Shown here piece after piece: positions 1-9,000 of a DNA stretch of 64,000 bases. The DNA is from Chitinophagaceae bacterium. GTDB taxonomy: Bacteria; Bacteroidota; Bacteroidia; Chitinophagales; Chitinophagaceae. A model generated the notes under the pieces. That model ran no database searches, was not told the DNA's origin, and saw nothing but the letters and a program-made list of their open reading frames with translations. Each line of letters opens with the position of its first letter. The stretch's first letter is position 1. The translations under genes were made by a program, and so were the position numbers. The stretch spans positions 5,778 to 69,777 of the forward strand of contig DAOLIV010000004.1 of assembly GCA_035328345.1 (NCBI GenBank). The letters are read 5' to 3'.

Positions 1-2
1 TT

Positions 3-1901
3 AAGTTTTTGCACAAACTTTTTGGTTACAAGCGATGCAGTATGCTTTGCAGCAAAATTGGGTGTGATTGCAAATGGAAAATTTAAAAAATCTCTCTTTG
101 TATCCAGGTAAGAATAAGATATCCAGTAGTCAAAATTTTTAATTGTTTTCTTATCTCTCCAGAAAAATTCAATCCCTTTAGCATCTCCAAAGCCATTATT
201 GTTTATGGCAGATTCCGTATACCCTGTGTTTCCCGTTTTTACAAGATCATGATACTTTTTATAAAACACTTCTACCCGGAAAGATTGCTGGTTCAGCGAA
301 CGCTGGAATTGAGCTATATAGTGATCAGCTCTCATAAAAGTCAACGGGTTAACTGAAGGCAGATATCTTCTTTCCGGATTCTGATAAAAAATACCATAGG
401 CTAAAGAAGCCTGGGTGCCTTTGCCCAATTTATAGGCTACTGATAACCTGGGAGCCAGATTTACTTTTGACAAAATAGAAGAATGTTCAAATCGCAGACC
501 CGCTTTTAATGCAAGATCATTGGTAGCATACACATCTCCTTCAGCAAAAACGGATTTGATATGCTCTTTGAGGGATGAAGGGTACTCTGAATTACTATAA
601 TCAGTATAAGTAAGTTTATCATTACTGAAGTTGTATTCTGTTCCAAACCTAAATGCACTCAGGCCTTTTAATTTTTTTTCAAGCACCAGCTTTGCATTCA
701 AATAGTTTCCCTTTGTATTTACTTTAAAGGTCTTAAACTCAAGACCACTTAACAAGACATCCTGCTTGTTCATATCCTGCATTCCACTTTTTATATTATC
801 CTTGTTATTGGTATATGAAAAACCAATATTCAATTTCCATTTATTGGGGAAGCCTTCCCGCCATGCCAGATTATGATAGATATTAGAGTTGCTGATTGCA
901 AACTTATCAAGGTAGCCCAATGAGTCAATACTATTAGTAGTAAACCCAAGCTTATTACTACTATAATATCCATAATACTTAAGCATCCCGGTTTTTGAGG
1001 TCTTGACTCTGAAGTTTGCATCAAAATTGTGATAGGTTGGCACTTTTGAATAATCCTGTTTTTGTTTAATTACTGCAAATGCTAATGAAAGGTCCGTATA
1101 TGAATAATTGATTCCCCAGGAAGCGTTTTTCTTTTTTGATAATTTCTGAAATCCGGCGTTGCCACTCAAAACGGTAATACCAATATTTGCCGAACTCTGC
1201 TCAGGAAGATCAATTGATTCTAAAATCAGGGCCGAAGAAAGTGCCTGACCATACAATGCGGAGTAACCTCCCGTACTAAATACTGTTCCTTTAAAAATGA
1301 AAGGCGAAAAACGGCTGAACTGTGCAATATTCGGAACGCTGCTATAGAAAAAATTATTAACTAAGGTACCGTCAATAAAAGTTTTGGTTTCAGCAGCTGT
1401 TCCACCTCTTACATACAATCCCTCACTTTCGCCAACCTGCTGTGCACCTGGTAATGTTTTTAATGCTCCTGTTATATCACCGTTGGCGCTGGCTGTTGTC
1501 ACGATATCTATCGGATCTAAAACTGCAGCTGCTCTTTTACGATCACTGGCTTCAAATGAACCAGCCGAAAGAACAACTGCTGTTAATTCACTGATCTCTT
1601 CTTTTAGTGTCGCATTGACGGTAACAGGCTCGTTTGAAATTTTAATTGTCTGTTCAAATAACTTGTAGCCAATATTAGTTATCTCAAGAACCTGTTCCCC
1701 CTTTTCAGTAGTCTTAAAGGAATATTTTCCTGAAGAATCAGAAGTGCCCCCATCGTAGCTATCCCTGATCGCAATGCTTGCACCCACAATCGGGTTACCT
1801 TTATTATCCTTTACAGTGCCTTTTATTATAACCTGTGCTTGTAATAATTGAACACTAATAATAATTGTAAGCCCTGTTAAAAAATACCTGATACTTCTCA
1901 T
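3..1901 (-). CDS. TonB-dependent outer membrane receptor with N-terminal carboxypeptidase-regulatory-like domain; 3' end runs off the left edge
   Basis: Hand translation, absent from the ORF track because there is no stop in the window: MRSIRYFLTGLTIIISVQLLQAQVIIKGTVKDNKGNPIVGASIAI..., plug motifs (GDITGALKTLPG, LYVRGG, GGYSALYG) and barrel strands (GLRFEHS, PRLSVAY). Confidence 0.9.
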   Translation of the reverse strand, partial: MRSIRYFLTGLTIIISVQLLQAQVIIKGTVKDNKGNPIVGASIAIRDSYDGGTSDSSGKYSFKTTEKGEQVLEITNIGYKLFEQTIKISNEPVTVNATLKEEISELTAVVLSAGSFEASDRKRAAAVLDPIDIVTTASANGDITGALKTLPGAQQVGESEGLYVRGGTAAETKTFIDGTLVNNFFYSSVPNIAQFSRFSPFIFKGTVFSTGGYSALYGQALSSALILESIDLPEQSSANIGITVLSGNAGFQKLSKKKNASWGINYSYTDLSLAFAVIKQKQDYSKVPTYHNFDANFRVKTSKTGMLKYYGYYSSNKLGFTTNSIDSLGYLDKFAISNSNIYHNLAWREGFPNKWKLNIGFSYTNNKDNIKSGMQDMNKQDVLLSGLEFKTFKVNTKGNYLNAKLVLEKKLKGLSAFRFGTEYNFSNDKLTYTDYSNSEYPSSLKEHIKSVFAEGDVYATNDLALKAGLRFEHSSILSKVNLAPRLSVAYKLGKGTQASLAYGIFYQNPERRYLPSVNPLTFMRADHYIAQFQRSLNQQSFRVEVFYKKYHDLVKTGNTGYTESAINNNGFGDAKGIEFFWRDKKTIKNFDYWISYSYLDTKRDFLNFPFAITPNFAAKHTASLVTKKFVQKL

Positions 1902-1921
1902 AACAAACTATAATTTCTCAA

Positions 1922-1949
1922 CAAACATAAAGTAGTTTATAATATAAAC
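1922..1949 (-). promoter_or_regulatory. Housekeeping -7 box (TATGTTTG, 1922-1929) with adjacent perfect 7-1-7 palindrome GTTTATA-A-TATAAAC (1935-1949), candidate operator
   Basis: Read directly from the sequence; matches the Bacteroidota TAnnTTTG consensus; lies 21 nt upstream of the TBDR start. Confidence 0.55.
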
Positions 1950-1959
1950 CAAATTTATG

Positions 1960-1990
1960 AAAAAAAGCCGTCTTCATTGCGCAAGACGGC
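1960..1990 (-). terminator. Intrinsic terminator of the first T9SS cargo gene
   Basis: 8-bp stem GCCGTCTT/AAGACGGC followed by 7 U on the minus strand. Confidence 0.85.
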
Positions 1991-2013
1991 CGGAACCCTT
2001 ATGTGTGAACAAG

Positions 2014-3315
2014 TTAGTGTTTAATAATCTTTTGTATAGCGATTTCACCATTGCAGGTAACTCTCACAAAATAGAATCCTGAAGATAGTTGGCTAACATT
2101 CATGGTTTCTGTCTGGCTACTACTGGCACTTTCAATTCTTTTTGCAACCTGGCCATTTGCCTGAAAAATCTCATAAATAACTTTCTTATTCTGCCAGTTG
2201 GTTGGAATTGTTATTCTTAATTCTGATGAAACAGGATTAGGATAGGTAACAATATTTACAGTAGCTTCTGATTGCTTACTGATCCTTATAACCCTTGTTT
2301 CAGAGTACTGAGCTTTTTCATCAATATCTACTGAACGAAGTCTGTAGTAAACTATAGCTGTCTGAAAATTACTCACATTATCAGTGTAGGTATAGTTTTT
2401 TTGATCAGTTGAATTACCATATGCGAATACCATCCCTATATCACTGTAATTGCTTCCATCTGTACTTCTTTCAATTACAAAATGGCTAACGTTTATCTCA
2501 GATGCAGTACTCCACTTCAGATCAACCTTATTGTTGTTATTCAAGGTGGCTGTAAATGCAGTTAGTTTAACCGGCAAAGTTGAACCAGGATAAGCAAAGC
2601 CTTTCATATATAAGCTATGCTGCCTGCTCGAAGAAGAGGATACAATGGTTAACGTACCATAGCGTACTGTTAGTGAAGAAATATTATTATTTTTTGCAGT
2701 GAACATATTATTCAGGTAAGAGGTATCAATACCGTTTCTTTCTATACCAAGAACATTTTGCCCGATATAATCTCCGGGTAAAATTTGTAACACTGAAATA
2801 TCAGGATTTGTCATCAGGTAATTCATTATTGAACCCACTCCGGTATTAATGCGGCAAAATTCTTTAAGAGTAGCATTTCCATCAATATCAAGTGCCGTGG
2901 CATTAACTGTGGGCATGATATACGAGTTAGTTGTGTTATGCTCATAGAATTTAATGGTAAAAACCGCATAAGACAAGCCAATAACATTTCCACTTTGTAC
3001 TGCCGGCTGAAAAGCATCCTTGTAACCGGTACCATTTGAGTTGTCATCGATTTTGCTCACTTTGGCTCCGTTCACAAGACTATCGATACTAATTACAGCA
3101 TCAACATTATTATCGACATTTGAAAAAAGATACTTGGCTCCTGCCTTAAGATCGGTACCAGAGATTAACTGGTAATTATCAAATTTAAGACCGTATGTAT
3201 TACTGCTTCCTCCACCAGATCCGCTCTGTGCTTCGCAGAATATGCTTATGCTAAAACCCAAAATCAACATCAGGGGCTTTAGCATGTTCTTTTTAAAAAG
3301 TAAAACTGTTTTCAT
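2014..3315 (-). CDS. T9SS-secreted protein: signal peptide, uncharacterised ~200-aa domain, LPVKL Ig-like domain, type A C-terminal sorting domain
   Basis: C-terminus TYPNPVSSELRI...LSSGFYFVRV...QKIIKH is a typical T9SS CTD; signal peptide ending CEAQ. ATG at 3315 (the track uses GTG at 3318). Confidence 0.9.
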   Translation of the reverse strand: MKTVLLFKKNMLKPLMLILGFSISIFCEAQSGSGGGSSNTYGLKFDNYQLISGTDLKAGAKYLFSNVDNNVDAVISIDSLVNGAKVSKIDDNSNGTGYKDAFQPAVQSGNVIGLSYAVFTIKFYEHNTTNSYIMPTVNATALDIDGNATLKEFCRINTGVGSIMNYLMTNPDISVLQILPGDYIGQNVLGIERNGIDTSYLNNMFTAKNNNISSLTVRYGTLTIVSSSSSRQHSLYMKGFAYPGSTLPVKLTAFTATLNNNNKVDLKWSTASEINVSHFVIERSTDGSNYSDIGMVFAYGNSTDQKNYTYTDNVSNFQTAIVYYRLRSVDIDEKAQYSETRVIRISKQSEATVNIVTYPNPVSSELRITIPTNWQNKKVIYEIFQANGQVAKRIESASSSQTETMNVSQLSSGFYFVRVTCNGEIAIQKIIKH

Positions 3316-3366
3316 CACTTTGGGTTTAGGGTTCCGAATTTGTAAGCCTGGTTGTTGAACTAAACC

Positions 3367-3444
3367 TCAGATTGCAATGAAAGCCGACTTGTCTTTTTGA
3401 AACTCCGGAAAGTAAGTTTCCGTAGTAAAGAGAGTTTGTTTCAT
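3367..3444 (-). CDS. Putative leader peptide / uORF (MKQTLFTTETYFPEFQKDKSAFIAI, 25 aa)
   Basis: Hand translation; starts inside the conserved leader; similar to the uORF at 5846-5902. Translation is unproven. Confidence 0.4.
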   Translation of the reverse strand: MKQTLFTTETYFPEFQKDKSAFIAI

Positions 3445-3482
3445 GGTCGGATTACGTTGTTTTCTAAGGGATCGTTCGATTC
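3439..3482 (-). repeat. 44-nt conserved 5' leader element, copy 1
   Basis: 43/44 identical to 5897-5940; begins 5 nt downstream of a TATGTTTG -7 box. Confidence 0.9.
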
Positions 3483-3487
3483 TGACA

Positions 3488-3518
3488 CAAACATAATACG
3501 AGGGTTTTTTACTTGCAA
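3488..3518 (-). promoter_or_regulatory. Housekeeping sigma promoter (TTG-N20-TATGTTTG)
   Basis: Matches the Bacteroidota -33/-7 consensus and spacing. Confidence 0.7.
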
Positions 3519-3639
3519 GTTTTGCAAGCATTTTTTCGTAAAAAATACCGTAATTTCTGTAGTATATCTACGATTTAAGTGTATGGACTATAGGCCACAC
3601 CATGATACTCAAGAGTTTATCCGTTCAAAAGAAATAAGA

Positions 3640-5748
3640 CTATTGTTTTATTATTTTTCGGCTTGATGTTTCCAGTTCGCAACTTACTCTCAGGATATAA
3701 AACCCTGAAGCAAGTCCACTAACAGTTACTGTCTCTGTTTGACTACTGTTGGCCCTTTCAATTCTGCGAATACTTTGCCCGTCAGCACGGAACAGTTCAT
3801 AAATTACTTTTCTATTCTGCCAACTTGCGGGAATAGTGATCTGTAAATCGTTTCGAACCGGATTTGGATAAGTAATTATAGAAACAATATTTGGATTATT
3901 GTTAGACAGCTTAATCAGCCTGATCTGTGAGTACATATATTTTTCATCGATATCAACAGTACGCAGCCGGTAATATAATATTGCATCGGATGCATTAATC
4001 ACATTATCATCAAAACTATAAGCCTGCTGTTCCATGGAGTTTCCTGCTGCAAAAACAACCCCAATATCTTTATAATCTGTTCCATTAATGCTCCTTTCAA
4101 CCACAAAGTGACTGACATTAAGTTCGGAAAGGGTTTTCCAGTTCAGCATAACCTTATTGCCATCATTACTAAGAACGGCAGTAAATGACTCCATTTTTAC
4201 CGGTAGTGTTGAAATCTGGGGATACATAAATCCCTTCATATAGATGCTGTACAACCTGGTTTCTGATGATGGTTGTGTGGTTTGCATTCCTATTTTGATT
4301 GTAAATGCAGAAACGTTGGAATTGGTTACTGAAAACATATATTGTTTGGCAGATGTATCAATTCCACCAACACTTTTACCGTCTATGTTAATCCCCCTAA
4401 AAGTTCCTGGCGAAACTTCAGTTAAAAGGATCGAAGGGTTTGACATAATGTAGGAAGCTGTTGCGCCAGTACCTAAACCTATTTCATCAAATTCTTTTAA
4501 TGCGGAACTTCCGTCAATATCAAGTCCTGTAAGACTAAATGAATTGAGGGTATGTGGAGTAGCAGTCCCGGTAATTCTATATGAAACAGTAAATACTCCA
4601 TAGGATTGCCCAACAATAGATCCCGACTTAATCTGAGGCTGAAAACCTTCTCTGAAACCAGAACCACTGTTATCATCAATTGTTGCGATTGATGCGCCAC
4701 CCTTAAGACTATCGATTTTTACAATAGCATCAATTCCAGGCGCAACTCCTTCATATTTATATTGTGCACCCACCTGCTTATCATTTCCTGCTATCAATAC
4801 AGGATTTGTACTCAGGTTAAGGGATGTTTCAGTAGATGACCAGGTTAGCCCGGCAGGAAAATAATTAAGTGAGCAATCTTGTGTTTGAGGCCCAGTAAGT
4901 TTTCCATTGACTTGATAGTTAGAGGGATTTCCTATACAATAAGCGTTAAGTGACAACCCCCCTGTTACTATAACCCCATTTGAAACCTGAATCTTATCGT
5001 TGCTGTAAACATTTGTCACATGATTTTTCAGCATGATATAGTCAATGCTTCCATTTGCAATTCCACCATTTATATTAAATTTTCCGCCTGTACTTGCTAT
5101 CTCAATCCTGAATGACTTATAATATGTATTCAAACCATTAACAGTGTAATCTCCTGAACCATGCATACCAAGCGAAACAGAGCTTCTATCAAGTGTATCG
5201 ATAGCGCCTGTCTTCAAATCATAATTACGTCCGAGGACCAATGAACTATTACGCAAAACAACTGTTCCCAGTTGATTTTCCCAGTCCTGGGCTATTTCAA
5301 CAAAACTATTTTTTATTTCTACGTAACCTCCGGTATTTTTAAAGCTACCACTTTGGGTTGTGCCAGATTCTCCACCCCCTGCAAATCTGTACTGCCTTAA
5401 TTCCGCATTAGCTATATTAATCTTCCCGGTAAGATTATTGTTTATATTCACTCCAGAGGCCACAATTAACCTGGGAGTGACTGATCCCGGGTTGCTAATA
5501 TTTATAAAGCCATTGTTATTAATATTTCCACCGGAATAGGTCACAATATGTTTAATATTTACAATTGCAGTCAGTGGAATATTTGAAGCATTAGGGATAT
5601 TGCCCCCTTGCCAGGTTGAAGCACTGTTCCAACTACCATTGGAAATTGTGGTAAAAGTCTGGGCTGAAGTTGTGAGAAAAAGTAAAACAGAAACTATAGA
5701 AAATGAGAAATGTTTGAATAGTTTCAAAAAGGGTACATACGTTTTCAT
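3640..5748 (-). CDS. T9SS-secreted protein, paralog of 2014-3315 with an extra N-terminal repeat-rich region
   Basis: Signal peptide, NGSWNSASTW motif, shared domain (GIDAIVKIDSL/NVDAVISIDSL; LDIDGSSALKEF/LDIDGNATLKEF), CTD TYPNPVRNDLQI...SGFYILRV...RKIIKQ. Confidence 0.9.
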   Translation of the reverse strand: MKTYVPFLKLFKHFSFSIVSVLLFLTTSAQTFTTISNGSWNSASTWQGGNIPNASNIPLTAIVNIKHIVTYSGGNINNNGFINISNPGSVTPRLIVASGVNINNNLTGKINIANAELRQYRFAGGGESGTTQSGSFKNTGGYVEIKNSFVEIAQDWENQLGTVVLRNSSLVLGRNYDLKTGAIDTLDRSSVSLGMHGSGDYTVNGLNTYYKSFRIEIASTGGKFNINGGIANGSIDYIMLKNHVTNVYSNDKIQVSNGVIVTGGLSLNAYCIGNPSNYQVNGKLTGPQTQDCSLNYFPAGLTWSSTETSLNLSTNPVLIAGNDKQVGAQYKYEGVAPGIDAIVKIDSLKGGASIATIDDNSGSGFREGFQPQIKSGSIVGQSYGVFTVSYRITGTATPHTLNSFSLTGLDIDGSSALKEFDEIGLGTGATASYIMSNPSILLTEVSPGTFRGINIDGKSVGGIDTSAKQYMFSVTNSNVSAFTIKIGMQTTQPSSETRLYSIYMKGFMYPQISTLPVKMESFTAVLSNDGNKVMLNWKTLSELNVSHFVVERSINGTDYKDIGVVFAAGNSMEQQAYSFDDNVINASDAILYYRLRTVDIDEKYMYSQIRLIKLSNNNPNIVSIITYPNPVRNDLQITIPASWQNRKVIYELFRADGQSIRRIERANSSQTETVTVSGLASGFYILRVSCELETSSRKIIKQ

Positions 5749-5845
5749 TGTTAATCATTTAAGGTACTTGGCTGTTTCACGGATATAAGTGGTCTTCCTT
5801 AGATACCTTAAAAACTTACCCTTGGTGAACAATGAGAACCGACTT

Positions 5846-5902
5846 TTAAAATTGGAAACAAAGAGAAAAGTAATTTTCCTTTGTAAGGATTGTTTCTTTC
5901 AT
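5846..5902 (-). CDS. Putative leader peptide / uORF (MKETILTKENYFSLCFQF, 18 aa)
   Basis: Hand translation; same position in the leader as copy 1 and a similar N-terminus. Translation is unproven. Confidence 0.4.
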   Translation of the reverse strand: MKETILTKENYFSLCFQF

Positions 5903-5940
5903 GGTCGGATTACATTGTTTTCTAAGGGATCGTTCGATTC
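5897..5940 (-). repeat. 44-nt conserved 5' leader element, copy 2
   Basis: 43/44 identical to 3439-3482; 5 nt downstream of a TATTTTTA -7-like box. Confidence 0.9.
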
Positions 5941-5945
5941 GATCA

Positions 5946-5977
5946 TAAAAATAATAGCTAGTTATTTTACTTGCAAA
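5946..5977 (-). promoter_or_regulatory. Housekeeping-type promoter (TTTG-N20-TATTTTTA)
   Basis: Same spacing as 3488-3518. Confidence 0.55.
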
Positions 5978-6088
5978 CATTCAAAGGATTTTTTCTAAAA
6001 AATTACCGTATTTTATGCAGTAATTTTACGATTAATATTGAAAATCAATATCTATAAAAAAGGATATTTAATAAGATTACTGTGAAAT

Positions 6089-9000
6089 TTACCTGATCAA
6101 TACCCAAGCCGCCCATTTATAAGGATCATTCCGGTATTTATTTCTCATTGCTGATTGAGTACTATAAAATGCGTCCTGAATATTATGTTTATAGAAAAGA
6201 TTCCGATAAAATACCTGCATGAACTCTGATGTCTCTTGGTCGGGTACTTTCCAGAGGCTCATTACCAGATTCTCAACTCCGGCAATTTTAAAGGCCCGCT
6301 GTAACCCATATACCCCTTCGCTTCCTTGTATATCTCCCAATCCTGTTTCACAAGCTGACAATATTGCCAATTTTGTTTTTGGTAAATACATATTAGAGAT
6401 TTCATAAGAAGTTAAAATCCCATCTTCTACCCCATTAACCGGTTTTCCCTTCCATGCATTATTGGCTCCTGCTAACGCCAGTCCTGAACGGATCAAGGGA
6501 TTATCTGATTGCCTGAAAACTTCATAGCCACCTGCCCTATCATTCTTTTTAAATTTTTTTGGGTCAGGGAAAAAAATTCCGTGAGTAGCAATATGAATAA
6601 CTGCTGGAGAGTTCTTACCATTCATTGATTTGAAAGATTCTTCAGTAGCATACTGACCTTCATGAACAGAAATAGAAAATTTATTCTGTTCTGCCAGTTT
6701 GCTGATACCATTTACTTCTTTGCTGGTACCGGCAAGATACCGGAACTCCGGTACGCCATCTCTTGTAAGATCTTCGGGAAGTGAGCGACTTACAACATCA
6801 TTTTCTGATGACTGCCTGGCAACCAATTTCATGGCTGTCGAATCCATATCATATTGCACACCTCCATATAGTATGATCTTATCTGATGCTGTGATAGTAA
6901 CTGCAACCTGGTCTACCACTGACGCCGTTGTATTCAACTGTACCAGTTTGACTTTATCACTCAATGCTTGCTTTTCATTTATGGGCAAGGCTGCAAATGC
7001 TATTTTAAACAATGACCCAGATGGAGCAAAATAAACAGTGTTTATTCCTTCCAGCTTTTCTTCCAACGGCTTCCAGATAAGGTCGTAAAGAGTCTTATTG
7101 TTGTTATCTTTCTTTTTATAGAGATAATTTATTTGTGCCTGCTCACCACTTGTGCCTTTATATATCTTTAATAAATCATTCAGTTCTTTCTCATCAAAAA
7201 GTTTAATCATCTCTGGTTCTGGCTTATCCTTTCGAAGCACTAATGCAATGTAATAAGTGCTGTCAGTCCAGCGATGTCCATTATAATATTGAAAAGATTG
7301 AAACTCAATTGCAGCTTCATTAGATTTCAAATAATGATGTATTTGATTTCTGTTGATTTCTTTACTTTCCTGTTGTGTTTTAAATAATTGGCTTTTTTTA
7401 TTAAGTACTTTTTCCAAAGAATCGGCCTCTGTAGTTAGCTCTTTTACAAAGACTGGATTTTTTTGAATTGGCTCAGTCAGCCAAAAGGTAAGTTGTTCAC
7501 GTTTGCGGATCCATAAATCATACAGCTTTTTTGTAGTAGTATCCGTAGTATGATAAATAGTCTGTCGGAGTTGGCGGGACGATCCGAGGATGAGGTTACG
7601 ATTCAGCAAAAACTGGTCATAAAGAAATCCTTTGCTAGTAGTGGGTGTTTGATTGGCACTAAAAGAAAAGAAAAAATTCTGCAAATTTGTTGCAGTCGAA
7701 ATATAAGCCTGTTGTTCTGACTCGTTGGTGAACTTAAATATTTTTTCTGTTTGATATTTAAGAAGATCCGCTCCCTTTTCATAGAATTTCTTGGCTTTTT
7801 CATCTTCATTCCTGGCCCAGTATACGTTGGCTAAATAATAGCAATTCTTGACAAAATGAGGATGTTGTTCTCCAAATGCTATTTTATATATTGCCAGAGC
7901 CTCACTATAATACTTTTCCGCTTTTGTATAATTGCCAGATTGATAATACACTCCTGCTAGGTCACTTTTACACTGAGCATAATCCGGGTGTTGATTTCCA
8001 ATACCGGGAATTTGTTCACGCAGCTCCATCGCTTCTAATAAAAACGCTTCAGCTTTTTTATAATCGCCTTTTAGCGAATAAAGTATTCCGAGGTGATTTA
8101 AACTAGAAGCATAATCATTATGCAGTCTCCCTAGTTTTTTCTCCCTGATTTCTTTTGCCTCGATATAATATTCCTCAGCTTCCTCATACATGCCCTTATT
8201 TGTATAAATATCACCTAAGTTCTTACAGCTTTGTGCGTAGTCCCGGTCTTCCCTCCCAAACAGTTTCTCCCTCTTGGCTTTAGCTTTTAAATGATATTCC
8301 TTAGACTTATCATACAATCCCATACTATTATATAATGTACCGAGATTATTAAGAGCCATCATATGATTTCTCGTATCCTCTTTATGATTAATAATGTCAT
8401 TTGCAATTCCGGCAAGATACAGTTCTTCTGCTTTTTCAAATTCACCTTGCAGCATGTAAATTCTTGCCAAGTTATTGCTAGTATTTGAATGTTCGGGGTG
8501 GCCAGCAGGAAGCACTTTCTCCCTTATACGCTTCGCTTCTTTACAATAGGCTGCAGCTCTTTCAAAATCGCCCATGTCAGTATAAACAATACTTAAATTA
8601 TTACACGAAGACGCATAATCAGGATTCTCTATCCCTTCGCTTCCATTGATCTCTTTTGACTCTAGAAAAATTGATTCAGCTAATTTTAATCTGCCGCTTT
8701 GACCCATGATTCTCCCTAGGTTACTGTTACTTATTATGTAAATGGAATGTATCCTTGTATTTAGCTGCTTTACCATTCCGGCCGTGTCAATAAGCTCTAT
8801 ATCATGCAACACCTCTTTTAGTATTGACTCAGCTTTATCATCTTGTTCTGTTTCTACATATAGCATTGCCAGATTGAAATTTGATTGTACAAACCCTAAG
8901 TTTTTTTTACCTATTTCCCTTTGAATTTCCAAGGACTCTACAACAGTTGAAATAGCTTTATCATATTGATTCTTTTTTGCATAAATACTAACCAATACGT

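Noticed and set aside
830-1668. Track ORFs 830-1024 and 1384-1668
   Set aside because: They are off-frame or antisense within the TonB-dependent receptor 3-1901 that the track missed.
3397-5998. Two plus-strand ORFs (3397-3666, 5789-5998) sharing FHGRITLFSKGSFDS, resembling a small protein family
   Set aside because: The similarity is the antisense reading of the duplicated 44-nt leader; promoters and genes here are on the minus strand.
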